Assembly: GCF_001949145.1 (NCBI RefSeq)
Contig: NW_019091361.1
Span: 2,176,919 to 2,240,918, forward strand
Length of the DNA: 64,000 nt
Source: Acanthaster planci
Taxonomy: Eukaryota
Reading direction: 5' to 3'
Shown here: piece after piece, positions 14,001 through 25,975 of the stretch
Position numbering within the stretch: the stretch's first letter is position 1
Layout: each line of letters opens with the position of its first letter
Made by a program: the position numbers and the translations under genes
The notes under the pieces: model-generated
What the model was told of the DNA's origin: nothing
The model's database searches: none
What the model saw: only the letters and a program-made list of their open reading frames with translations

Positions 14001-17000
14001 CAGTCGCACCTAGAGGTTCTGAGTTGCCACGTGGGGGCAACCACAACAGCAACCTTACACGTGATGACGGTGGTGATTCATTGTTACTTCACCCAACGAC
14101 TGATGAACTGTTTGAGGATTCTGTGTCTCAGGTTTCCACTGGCAATTTTAAACGTGGTCATAGGGCTGCACAAGGAGATGTATCTTCGCAAGATTCGGTT
14201 AGTCAAGTGGGGGTTGGCCCGCTTCATGGGGCTGACCGTGATTTGGAGGGATCTCTATTGGAGTTTGAAGGCCTCGATGTCAATGCAGAGTCCACAAAGC
14301 CCACTTCGAGGAACGGGAAGACCCTGAGATTACATCAGCTTGTTTTGAGCCTAAGCAGAATAAGGCGCTCTTGCCACGAGCAGCTGGTCATAGGAAATTG
14401 ATTGATAAATTGTGAGCTGGGAATCCAGAGCGTATTCCCCTGTATCAGGCATCTTCGATAACAAGGTACAAAATTCTAGAGGAGGACTGTAGGAAATATA
14501 TGGTACCCTCCAGGCTAGACCCTCTCTTGGTCCACGAGCTCAGCCGGGTGGCTCTCAGGTTTCATGCTGAGGCTCCCAAGCTCCCTGATAAGACCTTGGA
14601 TGTGGCGGATCGCCGCTTCATGAATATAGAGAAGGAAGCTAACATTGGAATGGCTTGTGCTGTGTCTCAATCTTGGCTGTTAGAAGCGGCCTCCAAGCAA
14701 ATTTCCAAGCTGGAGGGGTGCCTCCAGAATTTTCTTGACCAGCAGAGCTTGGAAGATCTGAAGGACCAGGTTAATATTGGTTCAGTTTCTCGGGCTTTGG
14801 GTATGGCTCAGGAGGCCACTCTGGATATGCTAGACCTTCAGGTGAGGGAAGCGGCCAATGTGAAACTAGCCTGACGCACCATGTGGCTTCAGCAGACACG
14901 TTGGGTTGATAATACCAAGTCAAAACTCAGGAAAGCTCCCATTACCGGGGATGGTAATCTCTTTGGTAACAACCTCAAGGAAGTAATGGAGGAGTTTAAG
15001 TTGGTAGATAGCCAGCTCGATGGAACCGATAGCCTTCGTCGTGTTCCCCTTCATACTGCGATGTACCGGCATGCGTACAAGCCCAAGCCCACCAATGTCC
15101 TCCGTCGAAAATCTTCCTCCTCTCAGAGGGAATCCTCTAACCATGGTTTCCAAGGGGGTGCGTCCAAGAAACCTCAGCTGGATGGGAGTAATTTTCGGAG
15201 CCCAAAGGCCAACTTCCAAAGGGGTTGTCGGGAAAGAGGGCCTTTTTGGCGTAGTACCTATGGTGGAGGTACCTCTTCCTTTAAATCACAATAGGATAAT
15301 GCGGGCCCTTCCCGTTCAACCAGAGGATCCGGTGGGGAGTCGAATTCAAAAAAGGGAGGATTTTTGGCAACACATTACAAGCGACCAAGGGTCCTCGAGA
15401 TCGTGCGGTCCGGTCATCTTTTGGAATTCCAGGAAGTTCCCTATTTCAATGGAATCAAAAAACTTCTGTCGGCTCACTGGCAACAAGTTCTTCTGTTATG
15501 TTCGACGAGGGTCAACGCCTTATTAGGCAAAAACGCCATCGAGCCTGAGCCTCAGATCAATCAAAACGAGGGGTTCTATTCAACATTTTTCTGGTGCCGA
15601 AGAAACCCTCAGGGTTAAGACCACTCCTCAACCTACGACCTCTGAACGGGTCTATAAAGAAGAAGAAATTCAAGATGAAATCCCTCCGGTCAATAAAGAA
15701 AGCAGTAAAACCCTTCGATTGGCTTTGCTCAATAGATCTGAAGGATGCCTACATGCACGTTCCAGTGAGGGAATGTCACAGGAAGTTTTTTGCGGTTCCA
15801 TATCTGGGGGAAGACTTTTCAATGTCGGGTTCTTCCCTTTGGCCTCACGTCAGCACCGAGAGTGTTCACGAAAATCCTGGCACCTGTTGTGGCCAGGGCG
15901 AGAATGGAAGGGGCCCATGTGTTTCCGTATTTAGACGATTTGTTGATAAGGGCTCCGAGCAAGGTTCTAGCTCAAGAGGGAGTCAACAAAATTTTTGTTC
16001 TGTTAGAAAGTTGCGGTACAGTTTTTTGGTCAACAAGGGGAAGTCCAGTTTGACTCCCGGCCAGAATCTTGTATATATAGGCGGTCACTTCAAGACCAAT
16101 TTTAATGTAGTTTGTCTTCCTCAGGAGAGGAGGGTAGAGCCGTTACAGTTTGTAAATCAGTTTATAGATCGGAGTCAGACTGCTGCTCAGGAGTTCTTGC
16201 GGCTCCTTGAGATGATGGCAGCCTGTATAGAAGTAGTTTGGCTTGCCAGGCTTCACATGAGGCCAGTTCAGTTGTACCTGCTCCATTTTTGGCGCCCGGC
16301 CTCGAGGAATCTGGAGGCTTTGATTCCAATCAACGACCATCTTCTTCATCACCTGCAGTTGGTGGAGGGTAGGGAAGAATTTGCTGCAGGGGGTCCCCAT
16401 GACGGGGTTGCCCCAGAGATCACTCTGACGACGGATTCGAGCGACTATGGTTGGAGAGTCAGTTTGTACAGGGCCTGTGGTCGCAAATCGAAGTTCAATC
16501 CCGGCACATCAACATGAAGGAGTTAATGTCAGTGATGAAAGCCTGTCACCACTTTTGCCCCCTTCTGAGGGGCAAACAGGTCCTAATAAAGTCAGACATT
16601 TCCACGGTGGTGTCATACATAAACAACCATGGGGGAACGAGATCTCCCAGCCTTTGTATGGCAGTTTGGAGACTTTGGCTATGGTGTGTGCAGAATCAAA
16701 TCGTCCTGTCTGCAGTGCACATTCAAAGATCCCAGAACAACCTAGCCGACAAGCTGTTCAGGCAGACGTTGATGAATTCCGAGTGGGGCCTGTCTTGTTC
16801 GGTTGTGAAGTCTCTTTTCTGGAAAATGGGCGAGTCAGTGATCGACCTTTTTGCAACAGCCAGCAACAGACAGATCCTAGTGTTTTGCTCGCGGGACCCG
16901 CGAAGCAAGGCATTTCACTTGGATGCCTTAACTCGGAATTGGGATGGGTTGACAGCATATGCTTTCCCCCCGATCGCACTGATTCATTTGGTTCTGGATC

Positions 17001-20000
17001 GCATAGAGCGTTACAAATGTGCCAACTTTTAAAATGTGCCAACTTTTAACGCCCAGTAAATAGGAGAAAGATATGTAATTTTAACAAAACATGAAAATCC
17101 CCTTAATGCTTAAACGTAACAAGGTTCGGTGAAATTCACAGAGAATAAAAATGTTACTAGTTCAAAAAACAAAAGAAAAAGTTTGAAAAGCACATTAAGA
17201 AAACGGTGAACTAAAGACAAAATCATCAGTCAAGGGGGTACACAAAGTTTTATGGATGCAGATTACCAGCGAAAAATTGCAGCGGCGATCATAGGGTACA
17301 AAGGGGTTTCGTGGTTGTGAAACAGATGGTGCGAAGCAAGCGTTCGCTGCGCTCTGGCTATGGACATACCAGGCATGCGAGAAAGCAGTAATTGGCCAAA
17401 TGTTACGGCCCGGGCAGTTCAAACTCCTTCTGTGTCCATCCTCTATGGTAGAAGGAAAGCACCAGGCCTGGTGGTCAACCAAGGTTGCGCTTCGAATATG
17501 TTCTAAAGAGAAACTTAGCGGACTTTGGTATTGACCACGCTTCCTGGTCTTTTGTCAGCGAGACATTTGGCAAGCCAATCTTCTCCGTGGAAAACAGATA
17601 CGATTAATAACTTAGAGAGATTGAGAAAGCGTCGATGTAGAAGAAATAACAGATGATAGAATATCTCAACGGCATTGTCAGCTGTGACAGACGCCTGCCA
17701 TTTTTTTAAAAATATATTTGTTATTTTTACGGATACAGGAGATATTACGATAGGTACCATTAACAAGATAATACCATACGGCGATACCATAGACGTTATT
17801 GAGCTGAAAGGCAGACACCTACTAGAAGCACTGGAAAACTCCGTATTTGATTGGGATGAAGACAAGATCAATTACCAAATGATGCAAATGGCTGGTGAGT
17901 AAAACTAAAGTTAATGTTCTTGAAGCGAACCTATTGTAAACCGTTAGTTAACACATCGGAGACATCTTTGAGCTTTCTAAATTCCCCTATTATAGCTCCT
18001 AGTAACACCGCTTTCCTTGGAACGGAATGTTTCATTGACTGCCGTAAACCTATCTGCGTCCATAATCTATATTCTAAAAAAAGAGCGACGACAAACCTTT
18101 TGCTCATCGATTTTCTACACTTCGTTGGCTATGTTGTCGATTTTCTATATGTTTTTTCACACGGATTCATATGGAGTTTTTTAACTTAAAATAAATGGCC
18201 TCACCAAGTAAAAAAAAGAATCATGTGTACGGAGAGAAGACAGGCCTAGAGCCGTGTTAATGACAGGAAAAAGTTGCAACTCTAATTAAACCACTCTACT
18301 TGTGAAGTCATCCTGTTCAGAAAAAAATGTCAATTATTATGAAGAATTTAGTATTCTCTAAGAGTGTAAAGTCATTTCCTTGAAAGGACTGACCGATCAA
18401 ATTGATTTGATAGAGAAATTTCAGTGAACACTGAATTATTACCGGTACGTCAGACACAGTTACGTACGCCATTTAAGAAGTTTAGGCCTAACAGGTTCCG
18501 TGTTCTCCTTGAATATTTCGATATGCCGCGCTAATATTTTCCATTCATTTCCGGTGGCTGTTAAGGATTTTCAATTAAAGACTCCTTTCAGTTCACTGAG
18601 ACTTATATTTTAATGTGTCCTGATCTGGTTGTTAGTTTTATTTCATATATTTAATTTTAATTGTAACGTATAATTTTTCTTTTGTTTTGTGTTTTTTCCC
18701 TTAAACTTCGCATTTACCCAACTTTACTCTCAGTTTATCATCAGTTTTAACTCTTCCTCTATTAGCAAGTTATGCACGAAAGTGTAGTTGGAGTGTAGTT
18801 GGGGCATTCATTGTAACTAAATTAAAATAACAAAAACAGCCACCCAGGCACCTGCAATGCCATTTGAAGCAAGATATGGGACGGAGAGAACCCCCCCCCG
18901 CGTTTGTGTTGGTCATGGTTTGATCGGAATCTCAGGAATTCTTTACAGACTTCTAGGGGGATGTGTTAGGTAACAATAGCCTAGAGTGCGTATAGGGATT
19001 GGACAGGTAAGGTGGGTACCCCTCCGTCCCATATCTTGCCTGGCACCTGCAATGCATAACCTCCATTGAAGTTTCAAGAACTTTTAACGATGACAATTCA
19101 TGTTAAACTTTGCAGACCAGATTAATCGTTTAGAAACTTACCGGTACAATACTTCTCAGATGACGTACCGTATTCCCCGAACGAAATATCCTCCGAGGGT
19201 GACCAAGACCATGTATAATAATTCCAAGGTTGTGAACGTTTCTTCATTTGAGGAGACAGTGAAGTATGGTTCCCAAATTAGCCGCTCGCCCGGCCAGACG
19301 TGGTTATTGGTGGTGTAAAAAGTCCCCCAACTAACTCCGTGCAGTCATATCGAAAGCAATTAGCACAGACATCTTGAATCTAGCATATTTCCGCAGCTAA
19401 CTTGTACATATAAATCCACTGTGTGTGCGCCTTACGATCCACCGATGGTGCCAACTGCATGTCTCTGTGTGTGGCTCGATATGCGTGCACAGTTCATGAA
19501 CCCAGTCGAAGAGTAGTTGCACAATTAACGGCTTGGGCCAGGAATAAAGCCCGTATGCACATGCAGATGTTGAATAGCTAGCCAACGTTGGACAATGGTT
19601 CGAGTTCATCTCACTAAGTATTAGTTAAGACGTTTTGTTCTCTTGTACAATATGGACAAAAGTGGAGGAAGGGTCGTGGTTTAAGTTGGAGAAACGACTC
19701 AAAGGTGGAGATTCTTTGATTCAAATACGAATGTCCACCTTTTGTCATTTCTCCTTTGCAGAATTTCAAATTTGAGAGTGCGAGCAATTGACGAGGGACG
19801 GGTGCACATGTTTGAGTCCAGATACAGCAAGAAAACGTAAACATTGCAAATTTAACCCTGAATAAACTTTTATTTAAAAATGTTCACTTTATTTTATTTT
19901 TTCAGGAATGCGTGTAGTGTATGACCTGTCCCGTTTGCCTGGTGACCGTGTAGTGTCTATTGATGTACGGTGCGCAGACTGCCCTGTGCCCGCCTACGAT

Positions 20001-21137
20001 AAACTGCGTCTGGATGCCGTCTACAAAGTAGCGGTTAACAGCTACATCGAGCAGGGCAAATACGGGTATTCGTCCCTCACAAAGAAGCTAAGCGTCCGAA
20101 GGGGTATGGACAATGTACATAAACACCTCTCTTAAAATTTCCTCATTTTCAGCCGTGGCAAAGCAAAGGGATGGGGAGCTCATCAACGGACACAAATTTG
20201 GTCTCGAAAGTGTAAGAGTTATGACGGTCAAGGAAAATACATTTATCTGTGCTGTAAAATATCACGTTAGTTCAATTGGCGCGCTAATTAGCGGTAGCAT
20301 AGATGGGCTACTGGGCGGTCCCCCATTAACAATTCCATCTGAGTTTACGCTGGTACACCTTTGAAGAAATAGAGAAATTTTAAGCGGGTCCTTACGGTCT
20401 GCATTATGATGGCCACGATCGTGCTCTCCAATCCACTTTACCATTTGATTACAGTGGCTTCCTTGCTGTCAAAGTGATTTTGGCAATTGGGCAAAAACTG
20501 AAACAATAACTGCTGTATTTCCCGCATAATCTATTCATTACAAGCTATGTTTAGTGCACGTTAATACTGAATGTCACCGTCTCCTGCTAGAGTTCTTAAA
20601 AAAGATACTTGCAGTGGCAGCCTCGTTTTCGTATCCGTCCCCATAATCCAACTCCACGTGTAACGAGACAAGGCGCGAGAAAGCGTCGGCATAGAGACGA
20701 GTTTTTCTTTACCAACACATTGCGTTCACTCGAGTTTCTTTAGAACATAATTTTCCTCCATCAAAAAATGAAACGTGTGTCACAATGCGATTAATGGACA
20801 CAGGTAAAACTACATATCAACCGTGGAGGAAGCGTATATCTCGCTGACAATCAGTTCTGATTTAACCTCCTTCCCTGGAAAACAAGTTTCTTACTCATTG
20901 GTCATTACAGGCGGCCTGGATGCAGACATCTTGAGGGACTACCTCCTGAAATTTTCACCCATTTCCCACAGCGTTGAGCTTGGGCGCCAAATCATACACA
21001 ACGGAGATGCTTCCTGCTTTACCGACATGGAGTCCTCGGCAACTGCCCTGCGAGGCTGGAACCTGTCGATCATTTCGTGGGGGATATATGTATTTTTTCT
21101 ACAATTGAAATCGTATATTAGGACAGAGGAAGCATAG
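2097..21137 (+). CDS. NT5E-like: Ecto-5'-nucleotidase (CD73)-like protein, 8 exons, about 598 aa, signal peptide and probable GPI anchor; active site degenerate
   Basis: Exons with GT-AG sites and continuous frame: 2097-2465, 2635-2851, 3369-3554, 10034-10237, 11025-11264, 17739-17894, 19906-20103, 20911-21137 (1797 nt). Family motifs: LTIIHTND, CFGGLARRA, LLLDAG, GxHEFDFG, IIALGHSG, VVQAAQYGKYLG, ECALGNLVADA, RCADCPVPAY. Hydrophobic N- and C-termini. Confidence 0.92.
4150..5456. mobile_element. Putative non-autonomous DNA transposon in NT5E-like intron 3
   Basis: Short inverted termini caggcccgtag (4150) and caacgggcct (about 5455), with a subterminal acgaacccccc motif near both ends. Confidence 0.4.
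6043..6367. mobile_element. MITE, PIF/Harbinger-like
   Basis: Terminal inverted repeats GGGTGCGTTCGATTAGCTT and AAGCTAATCGAACGCAACC, flanked by a 3-bp direct repeat AAT (6040-6042, 6368-6370). Confidence 0.65.
7330..7740 (-). mobile_element. L1/Tx1-type LINE ORF2 3' remnant (zf-RVT region)
   Basis: ORF 7488-7733 reads NSYLFKIGKRDNNLCSFCQAEGETLMHLF, the CxxC-x8-H zinc knuckle typical of L1/Tx1 ORF2 C-termini; degenerate. Confidence 0.65.
9135..9196. repeat. Perfect inverted repeat, 29-bp stem with GGGG loop
   Basis: aatttgggaagcatgaattctaagtagtg-gggg-cactacttagaattcatgcttcccaaatt. Confidence 0.9.
10757..10953. mobile_element. Palindromic fold-back MITE rich in GGTCA/TGACC
   Basis: Ends aaaaactcccgggtcagttgaccc and gggtcaatctgacccgggagttttt are reverse-complementary, with internal imperfect symmetry. 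Confidence 0.6.
11640..13020 (+). mobile_element. RTE-clade LINE 5' remnant (5' UTR plus AP endonuclease), with stops and frameshifts
   Basis: APE motifs LKFATWNVRT (about 12080), IAALQETRL, YAPT, LGDMNARIG and SWYHPLSRHWHQL. The sequence ends where the DIRS element begins. The 5' boundary is approximate. Confidence 0.8.
13050..17032 (+). mobile_element. DIRS1-type retrotransposon, decayed: gag, RT, RNase H and methyltransferase-like domain; tyrosine recombinase missing
   Basis: Gag N-terminal CRRVLGVDDPHSLCFKC. RT motifs GLRPLLNLRPLN, SIDLKDAYMHVP, LPFGLTSAPRVFTK and YLDD. RNase H motifs TTDSSDYGW, HINMKEL and NNLADKL. Methyltransferase motifs IDLFA and YAFPP. Multiple frameshifts. Confidence 0.9.
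17255..17440. repeat. Dispersed repeat, copy 1
   Basis: Shares gcagattaccagcgaaaaa...gtaattggcca...cccgggcagttcaaactccttctgtg with 48995-49170. Confidence 0.75.
18869..19039. mobile_element. Small MITE
   Basis: 18-bp perfect terminal inverted repeats gcaagatatgggacggag and ctccgtcccatatcttgc. Confidence 0.6.
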
Positions 21138-22276
21138 GCTTCATTTATAAGCGTTTTCAATGAATGCTGCCCCCTTGTGTTGGTTTTTGTCTTCAGCAAA
21201 GAGGCTTACAGTTTGATTGTGTCGAAGTAAGCGGTTTTACATGCATTTATCACTTGCTATTTTGAATTTAAAGCTTGTTCTCGCTTGTTTCCCGGCCTCC
21301 ATTTTTTGCATTTTTTTTTTCAATACACTCCTTGCTGTGGCAAGTTCGGGAACGCCATCAACAGATGAACATGGTCTATAGAGAACCCATCTACACGTTC
21401 GCAAAACTAACATTTCATTTCATTTGCAGCAATATATAAAACAATCATTTAACAAGGCGTTTTGTATTGGTTACTATCATTGCTTCAGAGGAAATTTCCC
21501 TGAGACATGTAGCTGGGCACGTATTCTGGTTATACAGCATAATAAATTACTCTAACTTGCTTTGTCACGGCATATTGCAAAAAAACATCATTTACACATT
21601 ACAAGTTGTATATGATTAGTTGTTACTTTCGCAATGGAAATCACACGTAATATTCACTGCCATACTTTCTATTGTATTTCTATATCAATTTTTAAGAAGC
21701 TGGCATCAAATAGATGCGTCTGCAACACGAAACTTTGGTCTGATTCTAAAGTCACTGCAGAAGATTACATGACCAAAAGGTATACTTCGATGTAAATAAA
21801 GCTCTTATTATACATGTAGATCAAGTAAAGCGTCTATTGTGCAAATGGCTCTGGTCTAATTAACCTTCAGGAACGTTTTGTAGGTTTCAGTGAAAATTAA
21901 ACACAACTTATGAACCTAATGCGAATATATTTCGGCCGATTGTTGCACGTTAACGGGATATTATCTCTGTTTCTTTACAGATAGCAGGAGAAAGTATTTG
22001 CCTTACTTTGGAAAATATCAGTTTTATGATGGCTCTGATTCAAACTGACAAATAGCGAGGTGTTCACTCGAAACTATGAGCCCTATTTAAAATTTGGTTT
22101 TGGTACAATTTTTTCAACAATAGCATTCTATCTGTAAATTGCAAAATATTTATGTTTCAGATGAAATTTTTATAACATACGTAGCCTCTTGCCCTGTCAG
22201 TGTGCCATCACAACAGGATTCAAACGAACCAAGAACCGAACTCTGCAGTCTTATTTCTGTCCACAACCCCCTCCCC

Positions 22277-23770
22277 TTACTTCCGTCCTCCCCTGTGCCG
22301 TTTCCCCTTCACCACGTCGTGGTTTACATACAGCTCGCTCCCTTTCTTTAAAACTGGCATGACAACTGCCTTCTCGTATTCGTTGCCACCCGATTTCACC
22401 TCCACAGGATAATCGGTGACTTCATAGACCGTCCCCGAGTCAGGCCTAGTCCCACGCCAGTCAGGGTCCGGCGGGAAGGTGAGATCCATGGACTCGGGCA
22501 CCAGACCCTGGTAGGCCGACATCTGATGAGGGCGGTTGGGGCCAACTCGAGCGGAAAGAGCCGTGTAGTCCGTCTGCTGCTGATGATGATCGTCGAGTGC
22601 TTGGCACGCAGCAACCGGGTCCGGCCTAAGCTGACGCTTAATCTTCATCCGCAGTAGGAACAGGCTTGTTACCACTATTACTAGCACGAGGACACAGGAG
22701 CAGACGACTACGACAATCATGCTTAAATTCGAGGAGTTGGTGCTTGGGAGACCCGGCGGATCAGTTCCTTTCATCAAGATCTGCAGTGTAACCGTGTCTA
22801 AAGCATACTCATTAGACCCATCGGAGACGAGACAGGTTAGGTTGAATATCTCCTTATACAATATGGTTTGTAGGTTGAATAAGTTCAAAACGCCGTCTTG
22901 GATTTGATAGTCAAATTGGAGATTCTGTGACGCATTCGGTAATGTCCATGTATATAACCTGTAGCTTTCCGGGAAGTAGCGACCACGGCACGTGAAGGAA
23001 ACGTTGGCACCGCTCCGAATCGTTAAAAGCCTCGGCTGTATCTCGGCCTCCGGTGGAATATCCACGACTACTGAGCAGTTTCTTAGGCCAAGCAGTACTT
23101 CACTTCTCAGCCGACAGGTCAGTATCAGACCGTCGTCGCTCTCTGTAACACGGTGGGTGTATGTCAGACTGCCTGCGGAAGGCCCGGCGACTAGCTTTGG
23201 GCCTCTGTACCAGTAGAGCTGAGCGGGAGGAATTCCACCCCTGGAATAGCACGTGAAAAGTACGTCAGTACCAACCAAGTGATGGGGTACAGGGTGACGC
23301 ATCAGACATTGTGGTGATGTATCGTTGGGCGGCGCGATCACAGTGATGTATACAGGGGGTGACCTAAGCAACTCGCCTCCCGGAGATTCATAATTGCAAA
23401 GATAGCCACCTGCATCTTCTGGTAGTACACTGCTAATTGTCAAAGTGGCTGTTATCTTACCAAGACCCAGACTCTCGGAGCAGGTGCGACGTGCAGAACA
23501 GGGGAACGTGCCGTTTTCATTCATGAACTCAACCGAACCTCGCCCTACTAAGAACCATCCGCGCGGCTCCCTCCACGTGCACTGCAGTACAGTTGTCTCT
23601 CCAACGACAGCAGTAATGTTGTCAGGTGCCACGGTGAGCTCTGCACCATTCTGCGCACTGGTGAGGTAAACCATCCTCATCCAAAACAGAAGTCCAAGAG
23701 GCGTCAACTGCAACGCGCCCATGCTGCTAGGTTTGCCAGTCTCTGCGAATGTACCTGTATGAAACGACAT
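22277..23770 (-). CDS. Intronless type I membrane Ig-superfamily receptor (3 Ig domains, TM helix, tyrosine-motif tail); probable start at MGALQ (23722)
   Basis: 497-aa ORF: signal peptide; Ig domain 1 VLQCTW..DAGGYLC; domain 2 FTCYSRGGIPPAQLYWY..LTC; domain 3 VSFTC..LTC; TM IVVVVCSCVLVLVIVVTSLFLL followed by RMKIKR. Confidence 0.88.
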   Translation of the reverse strand: MSFHTGTFAETGKPSSMGALQLTPLGLLFWMRMVYLTSAQNGAELTVAPDNITAVVGETTVLQCTWREPRGWFLVGRGSVEFMNENGTFPCSARRTCSESLGLGKITATLTISSVLPEDAGGYLCNYESPGGELLRSPPVYITVIAPPNDTSPQCLMRHPVPHHLVGTDVLFTCYSRGGIPPAQLYWYRGPKLVAGPSAGSLTYTHRVTESDDGLILTCRLRSEVLLGLRNCSVVVDIPPEAEIQPRLLTIRSGANVSFTCRGRYFPESYRLYTWTLPNASQNLQFDYQIQDGVLNLFNLQTILYKEIFNLTCLVSDGSNEYALDTVTLQILMKGTDPPGLPSTNSSNLSMIVVVVCSCVLVLVIVVTSLFLLRMKIKRQLRPDPVAACQALDDHHQQQTDYTALSARVGPNRPHQMSAYQGLVPESMDLTFPPDPDWRGTRPDSGTVYEVTDYPVEVKSGGNEYEKAVVMPVLKKGSELYVNHDVVKGKRHRGGRK

Positions 23771-25975
23771 GGACCAGAGCGCCTCGTCTTGTGCTCACCA
23801 AGTGGAATGTTTGGAAGATTAAAGAATGAAAGTAAAAAAAAAACTAGCCCTGACTTCCTTGACATCACTTCCTGCATCTACCAGGTTTGAGCTAGGTCAT
23901 TATTATGGAGAGTGACAAGCACGACAATGTGCCTGCTTCCTCGCTTCTTCCACCGGAAATAATTAAAGTGTTGTATTCACACTTTGTACCGTATACTCCG
24001 TTATTCCAACTGCACCCTTTCCATTACACTCAATTTTGTAATCATCGCGTAAAAAGTTGTATTTTCCCAACGTCCTTGCCGACTTGACCCTCAAATGAAG
24101 AACAACTAATGTTTCCTTCGACCAGATGTATCCTAAATTGAGTCTACTTGGTGTCAAAAGGATTGCCTTAAACACCCAAGACAGTCGGTCCCGTTGTTAC
24201 GACACAGACACTGACTAGGACATTCACGCCAAATGCGGTCAGCATGCAGACATAAACCACAGGGCCCATGATGAGCGTGACAACTATGATCCTAAATTGT
24301 GAAAGTAGCAAGTCTCATGATCCTGAAGTAAATAAGACTAAGCACGACACCAATGTCACAGCTGGGGATTTCCCTCGTTGGTCATCCTCAGCAGACAGAC
24401 AACACAGTCGGGATATGATCTCATTCGGGGAAATATGCTTCTTGCGCAATGGACTGGGACGCTCGGATTCCAAGTTACAGTTAAGCAGAACAGCAATGAT
24501 ATATTTTTTTGTCGACGGGCAAATGTTCCCTGTGCGAGCGTTAAAAAAACCCACATCAACAGAAACAAAATGCTTGGAAGAAAATTATTAAGAAAAATTA
24601 AAGTAAACCTAAAAATTGTGTATGTGGACAAAACACAGGCTGTTACAGCTGTTAAAGTCACTCCGAGACTTATGACCGTCCTATGAGTTACCTTATAACA
24701 TAAAGTTATGACCAAGTAAGTCCTTTAAGCAGACAGAGGTCTGAAAGCTGGACCTCTAAAATGACGTAACATGACAGGGATGGCAGCATTATACTGCATT
24801 CTTACTGTATAACATGCTTTTTTAAAGTACCTTTCATATTTCAACCCAATCAGACATGAACCTCAGAAAACAAAGAACTTTAAATAATGCCCTTTTAATG
24901 TGATATAACTTGATACTCAACGCATCGTCGCGACGTTACTTTAATATTGTTTTCCTTTAACACACGCCCCTGTTTAAGTGCTCGGAGCGTTTCGACTCAA
25001 TCGGACCTGTTCTTCAGAAGATAAAAAGCAAACGGTCACCTTTAACGAAACATGCACCTTCACTTGAACGATGCCAAAAACACCAGACATTTTATACCGG
25101 ACATGTTTATATTTGTGCATTTTGAAAACTGCGGTTCTCTCAGGCGGGTCATGTTTTGATCTTGTCCAAATCCCCCCCCCCCATTTCGCCACCAGGTGTA
25201 CTGACGTGTATGACGGGGTTCTGTGACAGTCATGTATTTATTGTCCTCTTAATTGCCAGGTTTGATATTAAAAAAAAACAAAAGGCCTGCAGTCTGTCTG
25301 TGGCATTGCTGATTGTTACATGTACAAATGTCGCAAGAGACAAGGATGGCGAGGTGATCTGTGCCTGTGTCCGGGGAAAGTGTCTCATATTACACAATCG
25401 CAAGCAAGAGAACAAAAACAACACCTGTTTTCACTTCATGCCGACACAAGTTAATATGTTATGATTCATAAACGTGAAGAATTGCCTCACATCAGAACAA
25501 CATGTTACTGAACCATTTAATCCGTGGATTATTTTCCTTAAAAATCAGCAACATCTTGAAGTAATGCATTTAGTTTAACCATTCTTCAAAGTGTCATTAT
25601 ACATGCCACAACATAATTTCAATTATTTGGAAAAAAATTTACTGCCAAAATAGGCCGAGAATAAAAACGATAAAACAATAATCAAATCCATCCTTCTTAA
25701 AACTTGATTGAACTCTTTTCAAAGAAATATGCACATCGAAAAGCATGCAAAATGTACAAATTCCAGGAACACAGTTCATTTTACTGAAGGGAAAAGCTAC
25801 GTCTACTCAGTTTGCGGTGTACGTAACTTCAATAGAAAACGTCAAAATGTCCTCCCATTTCTGAAATTTGAGACTGTAGAAACAGTTATAAATGTTAAGT
25901 ATGAGACTTTGCATAATCATCAGGACTCTGAATCAGTGTGTTAGCTGTTATGTCCTCCGTTAACTGCCAAACTCT

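Noticed and set aside
16820..17032. Stand-alone DNA adenine methyltransferase (IDLFA, YAFPP) as a horizontal transfer
   Set aside because: This is the known methyltransferase-like domain of DIRS1 elements.
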